64,000 bases of DNA, taken from positions 6,418,389-6,482,388 of the forward strand of contig CM121343.1 in NCBI GenBank assembly GCA_051530055.1. Reading direction: 5' to 3'. Below the pieces are notes generated by a model. The model was not told the origin of the DNA and made no database searches. It saw only the letters and a list, made by a program, of their open reading frames with translations. Of the stretch, positions 58,252-64,000 are shown piece after piece (positions within the stretch are counted from its first letter, which is position 1; every line of letters starts with the position of its first letter). A program made the translations under genes and the position numbers. Source of the stretch: Neoechinorhynchus agilis. Taxonomy: Eukaryota; Animalia; Acanthocephala.

Positions 58252-61200
58252 ATGACCAATCACGATAATGATATCGTATACGTCAACGCGACATTATCAT
58301 ATCTTCGAGGTAATTAAAATTGGACAAAAAATTTGTTGATAAACAAAACCTGATCATTTTAGGCGATATTGCGTTCGATGATTTAGAGCGAGCGTTTAAT
58401 TTTGGTGAGAAATACAGATTGCACCAATCAGATGATGACAGCAGTGAATTTTCGAGTGATTCCGAGATTGAAGAAATGATTAACCGAAATGGTAACATGG
58501 ATGATTTGACTGTAAACGATTTGGATAAAGTCATTGATTTGATTGAAAAGAAAGGTGATGGTCGGAAACGCCGAGCTGCTTTTCCGATTGAAAGAAGGGA
58601 TTTATCAAAGACTAAGAGAGTTGATAGACAACGTCGCCAATATCTACCAAATGATCTACAAATCTTGATGGGTAAAGCCAATACCGATTATGCGCTAGGG
58701 AATTTCAATGATGCCATTGAAAAATGCAAAGATCTGATTAGCAAAGCTCCTTTATCATCTGAACCTTACGCTACATTGGCTCTCATTTATAATGATCTTG
58801 GCGAACGGCAAAAATCATTCGAGGTACTTTTAATAATTTATATTTAAAATAAAGTATGTGGAAGTGGGGAAAAAATATATCCAAGACTGACTTTAATTGG
58901 AATATTTCGTCCAATCACATTGGACTTCTTCAGTCGCAAACAATAATTGACTGAAGAAGTCCAATGTGATTGGACGAAATATTCCAATTAAAGTAAGTCG
59001 TTGATATATTTTTTCCCCACTTCCACATACTCATGGATTTTATCTTTAATTAAAATAAATTGTATGTACATTATATAAAGCTGGATTTGTTGTCTGCTTA
59101 TTTGTCCAATCAAAAAGAAGACTGGATCAGAATGTTCAATAAATGTGTCGCCTTATCGGAAATTGAAATGGCTGGTGTCGCAATTACAAGAGGTTTGAAC
59201 TACTATTTCTAGTAAATTATTGAAGTATAATTTAGCAATCTATCGAGATCCTAAGGATATCGACCTACAATTTCAGCGAATAAGATTCTTAGATTTTAAT
59301 AAGATGGAAAGTCGATACAATTCGGCGCTGAAAAAATTATTCACAACTCTGATTGGCTCGTCGTATTGTGACGAGCGAGTGCTTTTAAGCGTTGTTGAAA
59401 AATTAATCGAGAAATTCGAAGCAGCAGGCCGAATCGATCGAGCAGAACGAGCCTTACGAGAAGTTTTTCAGAAAATGGGAAACCGCCTACCGGATAAAGG
59501 TGAGTTTAACAAAGTTTTATCTTTGATTTCTTCCGTGGCGGATTTTTCTATTCGTTGCGTCACGCGGATTTACAATCGATTTTCAATATTATAAAAAGTT
59601 TTGCTTCGAATTGGAACTCATTAATTGTTTTTTAAGAACGAATTGCTCATGTTTTTACGTGGCAACTTCAGTATAAAAACATTAATTATGGCTAATTTTA
59701 TGCACCGATTTGATGCTTAACTGCTCTCATTTTGTTTACAAGCACATTTTTAAATTCATTATTAAATAATAACTTATTCAATTTTGTTTTCTACATCGGA
59801 GAAGTGATGTTACCACTTTAACTCGGATGAGTCGTTATGAGTTCCAACATTTCTCCGGATCCTCAGGTACCTCCAGGAGGCGGGACTCGTCAGTGAGTTT
59901 CCTCCCTTCAGCGGTATTTCGTCCCTTTGGTTGTGCGTCATTGGCGATCGTGGATTCGAACCCTTGACCCTGAAACAGGGATCAGGGGCGCGAGTCCGCT
60001 GGACCACCTCCGCGCATTTTTAACAATAAAACTCAAATTATATAATTCTGCGTTAATTTTGCTTAAAATAAAATTGGATATTCGGATACGAGAGTTGTTT
60101 TTTTAGGATAACTGAAAATCCAATTTTATTTTAAGCAAAATTAACGCAGAATTATATAATTTGAGTTTTATTGTTAAAAAATAATAACCTATGTAAAGTT
60201 CATGTAGTTGACAAAGTTCTTTTTGCAAAAATTCAAACACAAAAAGTATCAATTATCGAGATATAGCCCAGCGGACCTTCCTATACTACCGAACCCGTAA
60301 TCCACTCCAAAATCAACAATCGATTTCTTTAAAACAAATCTGAACTCGAGTTTTATGAGAACCCAAACGGGGACATGGGCCCAATTATTTGTTAATTAAC
60401 AAATGACACATCACGGAAAATCCTCTACTGATTTGAGAGTATTTTTAAACATCGTTTACAAAAAACTTAAGAAAATCGCCCGTGAAATGCTACTCCTTCT
60501 GGGAAACGATGGGCCAAACTCATATACCGAATTTATTCGCATAGAAGAAGTCCGACGAAACTGATAAAAAATTGTCCCAAAGGGAATCAATAAATTCATT
60601 TCTATATCACCAAATAAAATAAATCAATTAACAATTTCTTTACACCAATCAGATACGAGAGTTGTTTTTTTAGGATAACCGAAAATCCAATTTTATTTTA
60701 AGCAAAATTAACGCAGAATTATATAATTTGAGTTTTATTGTTAAAAATAATAACCTATATAAAGTTCATGTAGTTGACAAAAATTTATCCGGATAATTGA
60801 AGTTCGACTGAATTTTCAAATCTTTGATCTTATTGGTCGTAGATTTCTCAAAAATTCTTTTCTAACCGTTTTAAGTTATTGAAATTTCGACTCAGTTTTC
60901 AAATCGTTGATCTTATTAATCGTAGATTTCTCAAAAATTCGTTTCTAATCGTTTTAAGTTATTGAAATTTCGACTCAATTTTCAAATCGTTGATCTTATT
61001 AATCGTAGATTTCTCAAAAATTCTTTTCTAACCGTTTTAAGTTATTGAAATTTCGATTGAATTTTCAAATCTTTGATCTTATTAGTCGTAGATTTCTCAA
61101 AAATTCGTTTCTAATCGTTTTAAATTATTGAAATTTCGACTGAATTTTCAAATCTTTGATGTTATTAATCGTAGATTTCTCAAAAAATCTTTTCTAATCG

Positions 61201-64000
61201 TTTTAAATTATTGAAATTTCGACTGAATTTTCAAATCGTTGATCTTATTAATCGTAGATTTCTCAAAAATTCTTTTCTAACCGTTTTAAGTTATTGAAAT
61301 TTCGACTGAACTTTCAAATCGTTGATCTTATTAATCGTAGATTTCTCAAAAATTCGTTTCTAATCGTTTTAAGTTATTGAAATTTCGACTGAATTTTCAA
61401 ATCTTTGATCTTATTAATCGTAGATTTCTCAAAAATTCGTTTCTAATCGTTTTAAATTATTGAAATTTCGACTCAATTTTCAAATCTTTGATGTTATTAA
61501 TCGTAGATTTCTCAAAAATTCGTTTCTAACCGTTTTAAGTTATTGAAATTTCGACTGAATTTTCAAATCTTTGATCTTATTAATCGTAGATTTCTCAAAA
61601 ATTCGTTTCTAATCGTTTTAAATTATTGAAATTTCGACTGAATTTTCAAATCGTTGATCTTATTAATCGTAGATTTCTCAAAAATTCTTTTCTAACCGTT
61701 TTAAGTTATTGAAATTTCGATTGAATTTTCAAATCTTTGATCTTATTAGTCGTAGATTTCTCAAAAATTCGTTTCTAATCGTTTTAAATTATTGAAGCTT
61801 CCACTGAATTTTCAAATCTTTGATCTTATTAATCGTAGATTTCTCAAAAATTCGTTTCTAATCGTTTTAAGTTATTGAAGCTTCGACTGAATTTTCAAAT
61901 CTTTGATCTTATTAATCGTAGATTTCTCAAAAATTCGTTTCTAATCGTTTTAAGTTATTGAAATTTCGACTGAATTTTCAAATCTTTGATCTTATTAATC
62001 GTAGATTTCTCAAAAATTCGTTTCTAATCGTTTTAAGTTATTGAAGCTTCGACTGAATTTTCAAATCTTTGATCTTATTAATCGTAGATTTCTCAAAAAT
62101 TCGTTTCTAATCGTTTTAAGTTATTGAAATTTCGATTGAATTTTCAAATCTTTGATCTTATTAATCGTAGATTTCTCAAAAATTCTTTTCTAATCGTTTT
62201 AAATTGTTAAAAGTTTACAAAAAGAGCAGATCTAAAATTACACTTAATATTTAGAGTTTGACAAGCTTATTGATCTTGAAATTAGTTTAGGACGTTTTTC
62301 CGATGTAATCCTGGTAAGTTATTTTTCAAAAAAAGGAGCCATTTCGAATTAAATTTCCGTTAGCTTCTATTGAATACGAAACGATTGTTGATGCATGACT
62401 TGGACAAGGAATCTAAGGAACGGGAGCATTTGGTCAAGGATGTTCATCATTACATACATATAAAGAATTTAAAAGATCGGCGATTTTATTTCGTTAACAA
62501 TGAGTGCAATTCAATGTTTTCGAAACGGTTGTTAAATGCTGCAGTTTGGTTAGACGGTGGATACAATGCAGTTAAACATCTAGTGAATGAATTTATCGAG
62601 TCGATTTCAACTGATGATAATTCAGAAGATATAAAGTTCGTTTTCGATATGATCGATGTGATAATCAAAACAGAAGTGCATGATGCTCAATCTATAATGG
62701 AAATCTTGTTTAAAATTCACCAAAAGTCCATCGAGAGTAGCAACGAACTGCGTATTCGATATTTAAAATTGAAAGCGGAGATTCTAATTGCTTATGAACA
62801 TTTGGATGATGCCATCCCAGTCTATGAGGAAATCATGTCGATCGATCCAAAGAACTATGAAATTTCTCTATCAATAATGGCGATCAAGCGTCGTCTTGGC
62901 CGTACAACTAACCACAATGCACATATCACGGATGTTGAATATATCGGAAAACCGACGCTTACTTCCATACAGTTAGCAATCGAAAATTCTGAGAGAATGT
63001 GATTAAAGGAATTTAGGTGATTAATTCAGGATCTTTGGCTTGGAACGTGTCCAGATCCTCCGGTAAGCGTATTTTTGGTTCTCCGTAACTTTAGAACCAT
63101 CTTCTTTTGAAGAATGAACGGTAGCGGGGATGAGGGGGGGGTCACTTATCTTTTTAAAAATGAACAAGGTCGAATAATAGATTTTCTTCACTATGCACCA
63201 TAAATTCCTTTCATTTATGAGCGAATTGTAATATTCGAAGGTCGTCTAAAATTGCGCCCGTGTGCTGATTGTTATCGTATGCAATCAAAGGAAGTGGAAG
63301 AGTTTTTGCAAAAAGCGAAAATGACTTTATTTGGCGAAGAAACGAATGGATTGGTAAAATCTATGTTGGGTTCGATCAAATGGCGTTATTATGGAGATCG
63401 ATCGACGGCATACACCAAAATGTTATCATCGAACAATTTGTTACTAAGGACTGGAGTTGCAGTTCGTTTACGAGATAGAACGATGTGTAATTGTGGTGGG
63501 ACTTATCACATTGCTCTATCGATAGAAGATCGTGTGAAAAACCGGATACTTGCGTTATACATTCGAGTTTGCAATCTTTTGATTACCCGTGGACAGTATG
63601 GATCATTGCAATTGATAGCAATGGCTGGTAGCATCCTTCCATTCTTGTACGATCGGAGTGATTGGATTTCTCAATGTGAAATGATTGCATTTATGTCCAG
63701 TATACTCTCAAATGACGGTCCTACATCCTTATCGTTTGTTAAATCAATCTTTGAAGCTAACTTGGATTCCGTCGAAGCTGGTAATTATCTGCTAATTGTT
63801 AATACAGTCGCTCCTCATGTAGGCCTCCAAAGATACATTGCGAGATTAAACAACAATCTTTGTAAGGCGTATCGAAACGAAGACAATCCATCGGTTGCAA
63901 AAACTGTCACTCGATATGTTCTCGCACATTTCGCTCTTCTCAGTGGACAATACAAACGATCCATAGAAGCGTATTCTGCACTTTTAGCCAAGGATCCACA
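58252..64000 (+). CDS. GTF3C3: General transcription factor IIIC subunit 3 (TPR protein, Tfc4/TFIIIC102), continues past the window
   Basis: MTNHD..SYLR|GDIAFDD..LMGKANTDYALGNFNDAIEKCKDLISKAPLSSEPYATLALIY, further TPRs, and HFALLSGQYKRSIEAY at the edge. A 23-nt micro-exon at 62291-62313 restores frame after the large intron 59500-62290. Confidence 0.92.
58853..59031. mobile_element. 179-bp foldback element in GTF3C3 intron 2
   Basis: About 83-bp near-perfect arms (AGTATGTGGAAGTGGGG..CTTCAGTC / GACTGAAG..CCCCACTTCCACATACT) around a 13-nt loop. Confidence 0.9.
59800..60013 (-). mobile_element. tRNA-derived SINE-like element containing hammerhead core strands
   Basis: A box TGGTCCAGCGG and B box GGTTCGAATCC, but no cloverleaf. 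The body has GGGAC-GAAA and CTGACGA-GTCCC. The distal 25 bp (GATGTTACCACTTTAACTCGGATGA) recur at ~21778-21802. Confidence 0.65.
60018..60180. mobile_element. ~163-bp foldback MITE; one arm duplicated at ~60650-60780
   Basis: TTTTAACAATAAAACTCAAATTATATAATTCTGCGTTAATTTTGCTTAAAATAAAATTGGAT is paired with its reverse complement. Confidence 0.88.
60800..62205. repeat. Tandem array of 83-bp units (~17 copies) in the large GTF3C3 intron
   Basis: Period 83 (60806, 60889, 60972). Confidence 0.96.

Noticed and set aside
59940-60013. Functional tRNA gene
   Set aside because: A and B boxes are present but the acceptor and T stems do not pair; treated as a SINE head.
62364-62400. Apparent +1 frameshift at GCA TGA in GTF3C3
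   Set aside because: Resolved by a 23-nt micro-exon (62291-62313) with good splice sites. This shows that missed small exons can mimic frameshifts.
49001-64000. Functional clustering of two Pol III-related factors (SNAPC3 and GTF3C3)
   Set aside because: They are separated by unrelated genes and arrays; two genes are not evidence of a cluster.

Overview
This is eukaryotic, AT-rich nuclear DNA from an invertebrate animal with very short (mostly 30-55 nt) GT-AG introns; there is no sign of a prokaryotic origin, rRNA, a functional tRNA or CRISPR. Recognisable genes are PABP (minus strand, runs off the left edge), PNPO-like, an otopetrin, SNAPC3, GCNA/ACRC, NDUFB6 and GTF3C3 (runs off the right edge). 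There are also a T4 Rnl1/Trl1-like nucleotidyltransferase, a RING-H2 ORF, a proline-rich protein, a 4-TM protein and two unknown genes. The space between genes holds about ten tandem arrays (units of 49-390 bp), foldback/MITE-like elements, relics of CRE, RTE and Penelope retroelements, SINE pieces and decayed coding debris. The most striking signal is ribozyme-bearing mobile DNA. A 109/118-bp satellite at 42.5-44.4 kb carries a minimal hammerhead core in each unit and sits against a deleted Penelope-like element with two different hammerheads. A tRNA-derived SINE at 59.8-60.0 kb carries hammerhead strands in a non-standard order. All gene models and folds were worked out by eye; family assignments are from remembered motifs, not database searches.
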